Below, one piece after another: positions 9,417-22,112 of a stretch of DNA of 64,000 bases. The translations under genes and the position numbers were made by a program. The stretch lies in contig CATNEN010000038.1 of the NCBI GenBank assembly GCA_950097015.1, positions 26,536,001 through 26,600,000 of the forward strand, read 5' to 3'. Position 1 is the stretch's first letter. Each line of letters starts with the position of its first letter. This DNA is from Macrostomum hystrix (taxonomy: Eukaryota > Animalia > Platyhelminthes). The notes beneath the pieces were generated by a model. That model was not told where the DNA came from and did no database searches. It saw only the letters and a program-made list of their open reading frames with translations.

Positions 9417-9953
9417 AAATGACATACAGGAGAGATGACACACGGAAGAGATGAGACACCAGAGAGATGAGACACGGGAGAGATGAGACACGCGAGAGAC
9501 AAGATACCTGAGAGATGAGACACGGGAGAGATACCTGAGAGATGAGACACGGGAGAGATACCTGAGAGATGAGACACGGGAGAGATGAGACACGGGAGAG
9601 ATACCTGAGAGATGAGACACGGGAGAGATGAGACACGGGAGAGATGAGACACGGGAGAGATGAGACACGGGAGAGATGAGACACGGGAGAGATGAGACAC
9701 GGGAGAGATGAGACACGGGAGAGATGAGACACGGGAGAGATGAGACACGGGAGAGATACCTGAGAGATGAGACACGGGAGAGATGAGACACGGGAGAGAT
9801 GAGACACGGGAGAGATACCTGAGAGATGAGACACGGAAGAGATGAGACACCAGAGAGATGAGACACGGGAGAGATGAGACACGCGAGAGACAAGATACCT
9901 GAGAGATGAGACACGGGAGAGATGAGACACGGGAGAGATACCTGAGAGATGAG
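9417..9953. repeat. 16-bp minisatellite GGGAGAGATGAGACAC
   Basis: Tandem units; same family at 41440-42320. Confidence 0.9.
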
Positions 9954-10969
9954 TGCAGTATGTGCTGAATCTTAGAGTCATAATCCGGTCCTTGGGCCTG
10001 TGTTAGCCGACCCTTGCATGGCCTGTAAGCATGTCATCTGCTTATTCGCAGCATGTGTTAGGCAACTTGGTTTTCTTGGCCGATCATCGGCCTAAACACA
10101 AACACTTCCTGTGTTTGAATCGAGTTCTGTAGTCTATGATGAGGAATTAATTTCAGTGTAACTAGGCTGGCTATTCACATGGAGGAAGGAATAGTTTTCG
10201 CTAGTTTGGCATTCGCTAGTTAATCTCTTGCATCTGCTAATGCGCTCTAGATTCCATCGGCTGTAGAAAATGCCATAGACACGTTTTATTTTGCACAGTT
10301 TTTTACTTTAGACAGGAAAAATACTATTTTCCTTGCTCTATATTCAAAGTGCTTAATTACGCAGATGCTATTTAAAGATGTCCTTATAGTTTGGTACAAG
10401 CTTAGATACTATTTAGTATAAAGTTTTGTCTATGGCATTCGCCAGCAAATGCAAAGTATTGAAAACGAGCTTGACAAGCTGTATGTGTGTTGCACCACTG
10501 TGTTGTCAATCAGAACAGATAGTTGATTTCAAAGTCAAAGTCGAAATGCTTTTTAATCTGCTTATTTAACGCTTTGATATTCGTTAAATCGTTGCCTTTG
10601 TTAAGCTATAGCTAGTCTATTGATACATTTTTATGAATATATATTTGTATTGTGAATTTTAGTCATTTGTTGTTTTTATTTTTTACATGCAAACATATTA
10701 TACACAAAATGATTAAGTATAATAAAAACTTTAATGACGCATTCATATTACAAGCTTCTATATAATATAATGCGTTTTATTTACAAATTATTGAGTACTT
10801 GAGGCTTAAAAAGGAAACAATTAATCGACGGAGAGACACAAGAGTGTTTAATTTTTCTTATTCCACCTTGGCTAGTCAAAATTATGCATAGATTCAAACT
10901 GTTTTATATGATGTGTGCTTTCTGTGACGCATAATTTTTGTCTGATTTCTGTCCGATAGGTAATATAAG

Positions 10970-11500
10970 AATGACAGCTCTCTGATTGGTCAGAATGGAT
11001 AGAATTGGACGCAGCTGTCTGATTGGTCAGAATTTATAGAATTGGATGCAGCTCTCTGATTGGTTAGAATTTATAGAATTGGACGCAGCTCTCTGATTGG
11101 TCAGAATGGATAGAAATGGACGCAGCTCTCTGATTGGTCCGAATGGATAGAAATGGACGCAGCTCTCTGATTGGTCAGAATGGATAGAAATGGACGCAGC
11201 TCTCTGATTGGTCAGAATGGATAGAAATGGACGCAGCTCTCTGATTGGTCCGAATGGATAGAAATGGACGCAGCTCTCTGATTGGTCAGAATGGATAGAA
11301 ATGGACGCAGCTCTCTGATTGGTCAGAATGGATAGAAATGGACGCGGCTCTCTGATTGGTCCGAATGGATAGAAATGGACGCAGCTCTCTGATTGGTCCG
11401 AATGGATAGAAATGGACGCAGCTCTCTGATTGGTCAGAATGGATAGAAATAGACGCAGCTCTCTGATTGGTCCGAATGGATAGAAATGGACGCAGCTCTC
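10970..11500. repeat. 37-bp minisatellite containing CTGATTGG, about 14 copies
   Basis: GCAGCTCTCTGATTGGTCAGAATGGATAGAAATGGAC. Confidence 0.9.
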
Positions 11501-12410
11501 TATCTAATTAGTTAGAATATATGGTGTGGCTACAGTTATCTTATTGGTCAGAACAGATAAGGAATGTAGCTCCGTGATTGGTCAGAATAGAGGGGTGGCA
11601 TTATTTGTCGAATTGGTCAGAGAGGAGTAATAGCTGCAGCTATTCAAGTACGTTTGTTGCAACAAGAATTTCGGATTTCGGAATAAGAAACATTTAAGTA
11701 CTCTTTTATTACCAGTTTTTCTGTGGTGTCATTGAGGGTACACGTGGAAAACTATAGTTTCAACATATTCAAAGTTCAACATTAACAATTTAATAAAGTC
11801 CGTTTCCAAGAAAAATTTGACGTGCGAAATAGTCGCTGGGCTAATCCCTGGTTATTGTGTTTTTTTCTAGGATTTTAGTGTCAGCCACTAAGTAGGTTCC
11901 TTCATTGAGGGTCGCTATCTATCGGAAAGGCTTTAAAGTAAGCAGACTTTGTTACTGATTAAAAATGCCTAGGTTTTATCAACGGATTTAGGATGAACCA
12001 CTGAGCAAAGCCGTGCAGATTAAAGGCCGGCTTTTCGCTCACGCCACTAACTTAGTGTTTTGCTTAATCAGGTAAAAAATACACGATTTTTATGAGGTCC
12101 TGTTTTGCTTAGCTTCAAGAAAATCCTGAAATGACTGAGATTGCAGCACAGTCAGCTGCTTACCTGTTTATGGCCTAGTCTTTTGATGGGTTTTTTTACT
12201 CAAACAACGATCAAAGTTAGATCTGTTAGTTTTTCATCCCAAAATATTTTGGATCTGAGTTTGACAACTCTACTAAGAGCAGCGATAAGTGAAGTCTCGA
12301 GTATCTAATTAAAACAAGCATAATTTTGAAAATATTAAAGGCCGCGTTTAAACTTCTATAAAACTTTAACAACCCGCCAACCTCAAACCAACAGAGCGAA
12401 TTTCTTTAAG

Positions 12411-12677
12411 ATTCGATCGGCCGCTTCGCCGAACACATCCACGAACTCGTCTGGCACGCCAACTCTGAACTCGTCTGGCGGCTCGCCTCAGCAGAATCGG
12501 CAGCTGGGCGGTCTGCGCTATCGTACGGCCAATTCTAATTCGTCATCTTCGCCAATGTCACCAATTGGCGATCCGACCAGAGCCGAACGGGAAGCCATCG
12601 GCCTGCCCGCTTCTCAGAATCGAGCCTACGACTTCCTGTCCGCTGGCAGCTCGTTAACCGGCGACCCTAGAAGGCAG

Positions 12678-12709
<32 letters not shown>

Positions 12710-12866
12710 ACAGGCTGTCACTCGTCCCAAGCCTGAAATAGGCAGTGGTAGACAGCACGCCTACGGCTGGGCCTTGCCGCAGCAGCAGAAAAGCTCGGTT
12801 GCTAACCTACCAGTTCCTGTGCCTATCTATTGTCGACCTCTGCTTGACCGGGCCAAGGATACAAAG
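12411..12866 (+). CDS. JIP3/4 exon (low-complexity linker, polyQ)
   Basis: TTTAAG| open frame with HAYGWALP and NLPVPVPIYCRPL; donor AAG|GTGAGA. Confidence 0.85.
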
Positions 12867-12991
12867 GTGAGATTCACTGAATTTGTGCTTGAACTTGTGG
12901 GGATTCGATCCTATGTCTTTGTATTTGAGGATCATTGGCTTATTCTTTGCATTCTGTTTAATACATGACCAACTAACAAATGCTTATTTTT

Positions 12992-15710
12992 GAGATGTCA
13001 AACTCACAGATCCCCTAAGGTGTTGGGTTGTCAAACTCACAGATCCCCTAAGGTGTTGGGTTGTCAAACTCACGGATCCCCTAAGGTGTTGGGTTGTCAA
13101 ACTCACGGATCCCCTAAGGTGTTGGGTTGTCAAACTCACAGATCCCCTAAGGTGTTGGGATGTCAAACTCACAGATGCCCTAAAGTGTTGGGATGTCAAA
13201 CTCACAGATCCCCTAAGGTGTTGGGTTGTCAAACTCACAGATCCCCTAAGGTGTTGGGATGTCAAACTCACAGATGCCCTAAAGTGTTGGGATGTCAAGC
13301 TCACAGATCCCCTAAAGTGTTGGGATGTCAAACTCACAGATGCCCTAAAGTGTTGGGATGTCAAGCTCACAGATCCCCTAAAGTGTTGGGATGTCAAACT
13401 CCCAGATCCCCTAAGGTGTTGGGATGTCAAACTCACAGATCCCCTAAGGTGTTGGGATGTCAAACTCACAGATCCCCTAAAGTGTTGGGATGTCAAACTC
13501 ACAGATCCCCTAAGGTGTTGGGATGTCAAACTCACAGATCCCCTAAGGTGTTGGGATGTCAAACTCACAGATCCCCTAAGGTGTTGGGATGTCAAACTCA
13601 CAGATCCCCTAAAGTGTTGGGATGTCAAACTCACAGATCCCCTAAGGTGTTGGGATGTCAAACTCACAGATCCCCTAAGGTGTTGGGATGTCAAACTCAC
13701 AGATCCCCTAAGGTGTTGGGATGTCAAACTCACAGATCCCCTAAGGTGTTGGGATGTCAAACTCACAGATCCCCTAAGGTGTTGGGTTGTCAAACTCACA
13801 GATCCCCTAAGGTGTTGGGATGTCAAACTCACAGATGCCCTAAAGTGTTGGGATGTCAAGCTCACAGATCCCCTAAAGTGTTGGGATGTCAAACTCACAG
13901 ATGCCCTAAAGTGTTGGGATGTCAAGCTCACAGATCCCCTAAAGTGTTGGGATGTCAAACTCACAGATCCCCTAAGGTGTTGGGATGTCAAACTCACAGA
14001 TCCCCTAAGGTGTTGGGATGTCAAACTCACAGATCCCCTAAGGTGTTGGGATGTCAAACTCACAGATCCCCTAAGGTGTTGGGATGTCAAACTCACAGAT
14101 GCCCTAAGGTGTTGGGATGTCAAACTCACAGATGCCCTAAAGTGTTGGGATGTCAAACTCACAGATGCCCTAAAGTGTTGGGATGTCAAACTCACAGATG
14201 CCCTAAAGTGTTGGGATGTCAAACTCACAGATCCCCTAAAGTGTTGGGATGTCAAACTCACAGATCCCCTAAGGTGTTGGGATGTCAAACTCACAGATCC
14301 CCTAAGGTGTTGGGATGTCAAACTCACAGATCCCCTAAGGTGTTGGGATGTCAAACTCACAGATCCCCTAAGGTGTTGGGATGTCAAACTCACAGATGCC
14401 CTAAGGTGTTGGGATGTCAAACTCACAGATCCCCTAAGGTGTTGGGATGTCAAACTCACAGATCCCCTAAAGTGTTGGGATGTCAAACTCACAGATGCCC
14501 TAAGGTTTTGGGATGTCAAACTCACAGATGCCCTAAAGTGTTGGGATGTCAAACTCACAGATGCCCTAAGGTGTTGGGATGTCAAACTCACAGATCCCCT
14601 AAGGTGTTGGGATGTCAAACTCACAGATCCCCTAAGGTGTTGGGATGTCAAACTCACAGATCCCCTAAGGTGTTGGGATGTCAAACTCACAGATGCCCTA
14701 AAGTGTTGGGATGTCAAACTCACAGATCCCCTAAGGTGTTGGGATGTCAAACTCACAGATCCCCTAAGGTGTTGGGATGTCAAACTCACAGATCCCCTAA
14801 AGTGTTGGGATGTCAAACTCACAGATGCCCTAAAGTGTTGGGATGTCAAACTCACAGATCCCCTAAAGTGTTGGGATGTCAAACTCACAGATCCCCTAAG
14901 GTGTTGGGATGTCAAACTCACAGATCCCCTAAGGTGTTGGGATGTCAAACTCACAGATCCCCTAAGGTGTTGGGATGTCAAACTCACAGATCCCCTAAGG
15001 TGTTGGGATGTCAAACTCACAGATGCCCTAAGGTGTTGGGATGTCAAACTCACAGATCCCCTAAGGTGTTGGGATGTCAAACTCACAGATCCCCTAAGGT
15101 GTTGGGATGTCAAACTCACAGATGCCCTAAAGTGTTGGGATGTCAAACTCACAGATGCCCTAAGGTGTTGGGATGTCAAACTCACAGATGCCCTAAGGTG
15201 TTAGGATGTCAAACTCCCAGATCCCCTAAGGTGTTGGGATGTCAAACTCACAGATCCCCTAAGGTGTTGGGATGTCAAACTCACAGATCGCCTAAAGTGT
15301 TGGGATGTCAAACTCACAGATCCCCTAAGGTGTTGGGATGTCAAACTCACAGATCCCCTAAGGTGTTGGGATGTCAAACTCACAGATGCCCTAAGGTGTT
15401 GGGATGTCAAACTCACAGATGCCCTAAGGTGTTGGGATGTCAAACTCACAGATGCCCTAAGGTGTTAGGATGTCAAACTCCCAGATCCCCTAAGGTGTTG
15501 GGATGTCAAACTCACAGATCCCCTAAGGTGTTGGGATGTCAAACTCACAGATCCCCTAAGGTGTTGGGATGTCAAACTCACAGATCCCCTAAGGTGTTGG
15601 GATGTCAAACTCACAGATCCCCTAAGGTGTTGGGATGTCAAACTCACAGATCCCCTAAGGTGTTGGGATGTCAAAATCCCGAATCCCTTAGGAGTTGGGG
15701 TGTCAAACTT
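12992..15710. repeat. 33-bp satellite, about 82 copies
   Basis: GATGTCAAACTCACAGATCCCCTAAGGTGTTGG. Confidence 0.95.
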
Positions 15711-16099
15711 AAGGTTGTCCTAGCTATTGGGATTTTAAAATCGAAAATATAAACTCGTAATATTTTCTCTCACCAAACTCAAGGATCATAAAAGTTCACA
15801 TCGCACATAATAATCATCATTTACGTTTGTGTAATAAATCATTTCAAAATTAAGTTGTTAAGTCAAGAAGTGGTTCTGTCCATTTTCATGGGTGAATCAA
15901 AGTTTTTGTTATCGACTTTATTTTTAAGAAAAGTAAATTGCAAAAATATCGCCTGTTTGTTGGCGCGGATGCTTAGCTTTTATTTTGCAGTCATAAAAAT
16001 TAGAAACTAACACCGGAAACCATTTTTATCCGAATTCTCCAGTTAAGATGCCTTTCTTGTTTGGCTCAAAGTGCAGAAGAGAGCACGCATGTATCCTAG

Positions 16100-17047
16100 C
16101 TATTTTTGAAATGGCACAATCCTGATTTCATCGGATGAGTAGAGTCTCTGACGGCCATTCTTTTTTGGTAGGAGCACATTTCTGTTGCAATCATAGACGT
16201 AGCTAATCTCGTCTGATCTGGCCGGCCTCTTGTAGATAGCCAGGCTCATGACGTCTCGGTCATGACGCCAATCGGCCGACTCGCCACTCCTGTATTTGAC
16301 ACTGGAGTTCACCATCTGTATGAGTTTTTCGCTATACGGGCTGCCTTGACGGGCCCACATGTTGTGCTGATTGGCCAAGTCCTGAATCAGATTGGAACCC
16401 TGGTTTATGTGGCGCTTGGCGAATCTGTCGTGATTGACGTCCCATTCCCACTGGAACTGGTGCTTGTCCCACTCGATGAACACGCAATTTTCTTTCTCTG
16501 AGCGCATCTCCTGAAGTGCTTTTAGCTCGGCATCGTCTAATAGGGAATTTTGGCCGTGCTTTGACCGGTCGAAAATCTGAATTAAGGCCTTGCGCACGCT
16601 CATATAGCCACGGAATGTATTGGACTGATAATTTCCCAGCTCGCAGCACAATGCCTGGGCATCGTCGACTGATCGCAGTGTATTTCTCAAGTCCTTGACT
16701 CGCTTGTGCAACTGTTCTAGAACAGTCTTGATGTCTGGCACTTCGTGCTTATGCAGCGCGGCAATGTTTTTGAACATTTCCTTCAAGCTATTGGCGTCTG
16801 AGTAGTCTCCCCACCATGACTTCTTCAGCCTGTTAACGTAATCCCAGCGGGCCTTCTCGTCTGCCGACTCGGTAATATGCTTAACCACGTACTCCTCCGA
16901 CCATGGCAGGTCATCATAGAGTAGCGTCATTATCACATAGAACCAGCTCTCAATGTCCTGCGCGAAGTTCGGCTTTTCACCGTTATAGGCGTCGATGGCG
17001 ATGTACTTTCGCGAACCCGTCCACTCACTCTGCTTCACTGGGGAGAC
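16100..17047 (-). CDS. Divergent CK1-superfamily kinase, exon 3 (total about 611 aa)
   Basis: TGCAG| ...WTGSRKYIAIDAY...QDIESWFY...LPW, aligning with CK1 TGTARYASINTH..DDLESLGY..LPW. Confidence 0.85.
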   Translation of the reverse strand, partial: VSPVKQSEWTGSRKYIAIDAYNGEKPNFAQDIESWFYVIMTLLYDDLPWSEEYVVKHITESADEKARWDYVNRLKKSWWGDYSDANSLKEMFKNIAALHKHEVPDIKTVLEQLHKRVKDLRNTLRSVDDAQALCCELGNYQSNTFRGYMSVRKALIQIFDRSKHGQNSLLDDAELKALQEMRSEKENCVFIEWDKHQFQWEWDVNHDRFAKRHINQGSNLIQDLANQHNMWARQGSPYSEKLIQMVNSSVKYRSGESADWRHDRDVMSLAIYKRPARSDEISYVYDCNRNVLLPKKNGRQRLYSSDEIRIVPFQK

Positions 17048-17149
17048 CTGCAGTGCAAAGAAATGATAGCTTGCCGATAGTTATTTTTTATGTTCTTCAA
17101 CAAGTTCTTCCCTTCCTACCCCTCTCTCTTAGGCTCAGCAATGCCTTAC

Positions 17150-17857
17150 CAGCTTAGAGAAGCCAAAGTCCAACAAATAGACCGTGTTCATCGCCCTGCC
17201 ATTGCCCATTGCAATATTGTCCGGCTTTAAGTCGTGATGCACAAAGCCGCACTTGTGCATGATTAACAGACGGCAGAGAGTTTGGTCGGCAATTTTGAAC
17301 ACTGTGCTAACATTGAAGATTGGTTTTATGCCGACTTCGTTATACCACGGATCGAAGTAGTTGCGCAAGTCGTCGATAGACGGTCCAAGCAGCTCCATTG
17401 CCATGTAGGAGATCTTGGTAACGCCCTCCAAGTTGCGATTGTCAGTATCTGTAAAGAACTTCACTTCCTCGCCTTGCAGATTCAGATAGGTAAAGATGTT
17501 CTTGTACTTCTGATTTATTCCGTAGTGATTCTTGTCGCCAATGTATCCAAAGTCAAAAACAGTCGGGAAGCCGTGCATATGCCGAAAATTCTTACTCCAC
17601 AATGTGTCTAGTACGAGAAATTCGCGACGAAGGAACACTATGTAGCGAGTTGTGCCGTCTTCCAGTTGAGCCTGGTCGATAATCTCGTACTTGATGGCCA
17701 CAATGTCCAGATAGGAAGTGTCCCGGTTAGGATCGCGCAACTTATCCAGCATATCAGGTTTTACTTTGCGATGCGATGCAATGGTCTCTAGAAACTTAGG
17801 ATGATAGCTGTACCGACCTTTGGATTTGTACTTGCTTACGTACTGCCGGGTGGTTAC
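17150..17857 (-). CDS. Divergent CK1-superfamily kinase, exon 2
   Basis: ATAG| in frame; VAIKYE, MELLGPSIDDL, GFVHHDLKPDN, VYLLDFGFSKL |GTAAGG. Confidence 0.88.
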
Positions 17858-17914
17858 CTATAATGCGATTCAATAAAAAATTTTGATTAGAGTTCCTCAG
17901 ATAATTCGGAAAAT

Positions 17915-18385
17915 CCTATGCCCTATCCAGCTAATCAAGTGCTAGTCATATGTGCCCCTTCCAGCTGCCAAAATGCTAGTCCTATGTGCCCCTTCCAGCT
18001 GCCAAACTGCTAGTCATATGTGCCCCTTCCAGCTGCCAAACTGCTAGTCATATGTACCCCTTCCAGCTGCCAAACTGCTAGTCATATGTGTCCCTTCCAG
18101 CTGCCAAACTGCTAGTCCTATGTGCCCCTTCCAGCTGCCAAACTGCTAGTCATATGTGCCCCTTCCAGCTGCCAAAATGCTAGTCCTATGTGCCCCTTCC
18201 AGCTGCCAAACTGCTAGTCCTATGTGCCCCTTCCAGCTGCCAAACTGCTAGTCCTATGTGCCCCTTCCAGCTGCCAAACTGCTAGTCATATGTGCCCCTT
18301 CCAGCTGCCAAACTGCTAGTCATATGTGTCCCTTCCAGCTGCCAAACTGCTAGTCCTACGTGCCCCTTGCAGCCATTAAAATGCT
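17915..18385. repeat. 34-bp minisatellite in kinase intron 1, about 13 copies
   Basis: GCTAGTCATATGTGCCCCTTCCAGCTGCCAAACT. Confidence 0.9.
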
Positions 18386-18453
18386 ATATTTCCGATCCTT
18401 CTAGATTATAAATGCTAATTGTTCGAGTTAAAGCTTAGATTTAGTAAACTTAC

Positions 18454-18633
18454 CTGAAAAACACTGCCAAAAGCGCCTGCGCCCAGTACAAACATGCTGC
18501 TAGCGATGTACTTGATGTTCCATAAGTCGCATTTGGCACTTTCCTCCTTAAAGATTGATAGAATCTTGCGCTTCTCCTCTTCGACATTAGCTAAATCTTT
18601 GTTTATGCCGCCTAAGTTGGAAATTTCAGCCAT
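18454..18633 (-). CDS. Divergent CK1-superfamily kinase, exon 1
   Basis: ATG...VLGAGAFGSVFQ (Gly loop) |GTAAGT. Confidence 0.8.
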
Positions 18634-18863
18634 GGCTAATCCGTCAGCTTTTTATTTTTATGAATAATTCTTTTGGATTGTCGATGACTTTATCTATTTT
18701 ATCTAAGATTGCTCTGTAAAGTTAAAGCAATAGAAGGTTATCGATCTACTCGTAGTTGTCTATGGCCAAAAATGCTTCAGCTTTTTAGTGAGCTGGAACT
18801 GTTATTTGTTAAATAAGGGAATAGACTAGAAGAGTAACATCATTCTAACAAGAGTCTTGAATT

Positions 18864-20858
18864 TAGCTAGCTTAAGGATTGGGTCAGTAGCTAACCGAAG
18901 GATTGGGTCAGTAGCTAGCTGAAGGATTGGGTCAGTAGCTAGCTGAAGGATTGGGTCAGTAGCTAACCGAAGGATTGGGTCAGTAGCTAGCTGAAGGATT
19001 GGGTCAGTAGCTAGCTGAAAGATTGGGTCAGTAGCTAACTGAAGGATTGGGTCAGTAGCTAGCTGAAGGATTGGGTCAGTAGCTAGCTGAAAGATTGGGT
19101 CAGTAGCTAGCTGAAGGATTGGGTCACTAGCTAGCTGAAGGATTGGGTCACTAGCTAGCTTAAGGATTGGGTCAGTAGCTAACTGAAGGATTGGGTCAGT
19201 AGCTAGCTGAAGGATTGGGTCAGTAGCTAGCTGAAAGATTGGGTCAGTAGCTAACTGAAGGATTGGGTCAGTAGCTAGCTGAAGGATTGGGTCAGTAGCT
19301 AGCTGAAAGATTGGGTCAGTAGCTAACTGAAGGATTGGGTCAGTAGCTAACTGAAGGATTGGGTCACTAGCTAGCTGAAGGATTGGGTCAGTAGCTAACT
19401 GAAGGATTGGGTCTGTAGCTAACTGAAGGATTGGGTCAGTAGCTAACTGAAGGATTGGGTCAGTAGCTAACTGAAGGATTGGGTCTGTAGCTAACTGAAG
19501 GATTGGGTCAGTAGCTAGCTGAAGGATTGGGTCACTAGCTAGCTGAAGGATTGGGTCAGTAGCTAACTGAAGGATTGGGTCTGTAGCTAACTGAAGGATT
19601 GGGTCTGTAGCTAACTGAAGGATTGGGTCAGTAGCTAACTGAAGGATTGGGTCTGTAGCTAAATGAAGGATTGGGTCTGTAGCTAACTGAAGGATTGGGT
19701 CAGTAGCTAACTGAAGGATTGGGTCAGTAGCTAACTGAAGGATTGGGTCTGTAGCTAACTGAAGGATTGGGTCAGTAGCTAACTGAAGGATTGGGTCTGT
19801 AGCTAACTGAAGGATTGGGTCTGTAGCTAACTGAAGGATTGGGTCACTAGCTAGCTGAAGGATTGGGTCAGTAGCTAACTGAAGGATTGGGTCTGTAGCT
19901 AACTGAAGGATTGGGTCAGTAGCTAACTGAAGGATTGGGTCACTAGCTAGCTGAAGGATTGGGTCAGTAGCTAACTGAAGGATTGGGTCTGTAGCTAACT
20001 GAAGGATTGGGTCACTAGCTAGCTGAAAGATTGGGTCAGTAGCTAAATGAAAGATTGGGTCAGTAGCTAAATGAAAGATTGGGTCTGTAGCTAACTGAAG
20101 GATTGGGTCAGTAGCTAACTGAAGGATTGGGTCTGTAGCTAACTGAAGGATTGGGTCTGTAGCTAACTGAAGGATTGGGTCAGTAGCTAACTGAAGGATT
20201 GGGTCTGTAGCTAACTGAAGGATTGGGTCTGTAGCTAACTGAAGGATTGGGTCAGTAGCTAACTGAAGGATTGGGTCACTAGCTAGCTGAAGGATTGGGT
20301 CAGTAGCTAACTGAAGGATTGGGTCTGTAGCTAACTGAAGGATTGGGTCACTAGCTAGCTGAAAGATTGGGTCAGTAGCTAAATGAAAGATTGGGTCAGT
20401 AGCTAAATGAAAGATTGGGTCAGTAGCTAAATGAAAGATTGGGTCACTAGCTAGCTGAAGGATTGGGTCAGTAGCTAACTGAAGGATTGGGTCAGTAGCT
20501 AACTGAAGGATTGGGTCCGTAGCTAACTGAAGGATTGGGTCAGTAGCTAAATGAACGATTGGGTCAGTAGCTAACTGAAGGATTGGGTCCGTAGCTAACT
20601 GAAGGATTGGGTCACTAGCTAGCTGAAAGATTGGGTCAGTAGCTAAATGAAAGATTGGGTCAGTAGCTAACTGAAGGATTGGGTCAGTAGCTAACTGAAG
20701 GATTGGGTCAGTAGCTAGCTGAAGGATTGGGTCAGTAGCTAACTGAAAGATTGGGTCAGTAGCTAACTGAAGGATTGGGTCAGTAGCTAACTGAAAGATT
20801 GGGTCAGTAGCTAGCTGAAGGATTGGGTCAGTAGCTAGCTGAAGGATTGGGTCAGTAG
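18864..20858. repeat. 24-bp satellite, about 83 copies
   Basis: GATTGGGTCAGTAGCTAACTGAAG. Confidence 0.95.
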
Positions 20859-20859
20859 T

Positions 20860-21100
20860 CGAAGTCGGCCTTGTAGTCGGAGCGTCGGACTCACGACTTG
20901 AAGGTTGGGGGTTCGATTTCCGATTCCACAGGAACAATTTGTGTCCTTTAGCAAGCCACTTAACTCTGCATTGCTTCAGTTCACCCAGCTGTTAAATGGC
21001 TACCAGCATTAGCTGGGATAATTTAGGATGGGTGTGGCGTCCCCCCAGTCCATGGACTGAACAGCTGTACGCAGCCTTCAGATGCGCCGCGCAATAGCTA
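20860..21100 (+). mobile_element. tRNA-derived CORE-type SINE (family A)
   Basis: B box GGTTCGATTT, then GTGTCCTTTAGCAAGCCACTTAAC...TGCTTCAGTT...CTGTTAAATGG (MIR/CORE-like); 3' body shared with 32760-32942. Confidence 0.7.
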
Positions 21101-21547
21101 CGGCTGTGCTATCGGCTGCACATCTGGCCCAATTGGGGCAGGTGTAATCACAAGTCAGAGTAAATTTTTTATCTCCCTCTGTGAGTCTCCCTAATTTCGG
21201 GAATAGACATTCTGAACAAAAGCACATTATGGACTTCTTGTGCTTTTTTATGTTTCTCTTTCATTCTCGTTCAATTTTTTTAAGGATCCACTTCGAACTA
21301 GATGGGCCTATCTATCTTTATATTGAGAGTTAGTAGTTTTTTCTATCAAAGAATGAAAAAATGCGAACGTATTTTTTACCTTACTTTCTTCAAACAAGGT
21401 AAAGTGGTTGCACGCCATTTGTTGTTAGTCGTTTAATCGGTATTTTTTCCTCTCAATGAAGAGAGGAGGCAACTATAGGGTAGACTTAGATAAATGAGTA
21501 ATAATTATTGACAATTAGAATTCTAAATAAAAAGCCTCCTCCTTCAG

Positions 21548-22070
21548 GTGTGGTGCGCCGCAGCAGTTTCCGCTGGTCCCAGACGGCAGTTCAACTTAAT
21601 CGGCGATGCTAGCGGCGGCGGCGGCGGTGGCACCCTAACCGATAGTCCGGAGCTAGCCAGCCTCAATGAGCAGCTGAATCGTGAGCAGGCCCAATTCGGC
21701 ATGCTTCCAGATCCGGGCCTGACTTCCATTGTGTGGATTTGCGCCAGCGAGCAATCGTCCACCGGCCCGAGCCAGGTGTGCATTCTCAACGCCAACCGGC
21801 CTGCCGAGCTTCTCCAAGCCTTCACAGTGTGCCAATCCCAAATCCTCACCATCGCCTGCGTCCCGGGCCCGTCGGCTGGCGATCTTCAATCGGACGACTT
21901 CACAAACAGCGATTGCCAAAACAGTTCTGCCGACAGTGGCGGCGACGGCAGTGTCGATCCGCTGTCGGAGCCCTCACCGAATCGGGCTAGGCTGGTCCGC
22001 TGTGTGGCCGTTGAATCGCCAAATCAAAGCCCGCACGCCAGCAGCCTGTCTTTAGTTGGCTCACCACCGA

Positions 22071-22112
<42 letters not shown>

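Noticed and set aside
12984-15752. 733-aa and 920-aa ORFs on both strands
   Set aside because: By-products of a stop-free 33-bp intronic satellite; no domain or gene structure
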